33,908 nucleotides of DNA from Octopus bimaculoides (taxonomy: Eukaryota), in contig NC_069002.1 of assembly GCF_001194135.2 (NCBI RefSeq), positions 9,390,144-9,424,051 of the forward strand, written 5' to 3'. The notes beneath the pieces are model-generated. The model was not told the origin of the DNA, searched no databases, and saw nothing but the letters and a program-made list of their open reading frames with translations. Positions within the stretch are counted from its first letter, which is position 1. Each line of letters starts with the position of its first letter. The translations under genes and the position numbers were made by a program. Of the stretch, positions 33,794-33,908 are shown one piece after another.

Positions 33794-33908
33794 ACTAATT
33801 ATATCATATAATTATAAATTAATATAAATTGTTACCTACAAGGTAACAAAAACGTGGGAGGTTGGTCAGTAAAGTAAAAATTCCAGAAATTTCTTCCAAG
33901 GTTATGGG

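Noticed and set aside
1-33908. CRISPR array, rRNA, or prokaryotic operon-like system
   Set aside because: No regularly spaced repeat-spacer units, no rRNA-like sequence and no dense coding DNA; the recurring motifs are dispersed SINE copies in both orientations.

Overview
Eukaryotic, AT-rich, repeat-dense draft-assembly window with 14 N gaps (about 4.2 kb in total). I found no recognisable host protein-coding gene. The long ORFs in the supplied track are artefacts of N runs and microsatellites. The SINE families resemble those I recognise from Octopus genomes, so an octopod origin is an inference, not a database result. Most of the content is three tRNA-headed SINE groups (A, B and C, my own labels), each in several copies, plus many di-, tri- and tetranucleotide microsatellites. 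Also present are TA-flanked and hAT-like MITEs, a frameshifted Chapaev-type transposase fragment, the 3' end of an R4/Dong-like retrotransposon in (AAT)n, and a decayed tRNA-Glu(UUC). The most unusual signals are: (1) two hammerhead-ribozyme-like motifs, one of them inside a TA-flanked inverted-repeat element; (2) repeated insertion of SINE-B into SINE-B, one case with a target-site duplication inside the tRNA-like head; (3) a 50-bp unique flank shared 49/50 by two SINE copies 10.7 kb apart; (4) a LINE-like 3' end sharing its tail with SINE-B. All element boundaries were read by eye and are approximate unless TSD or TIR coordinates are given.
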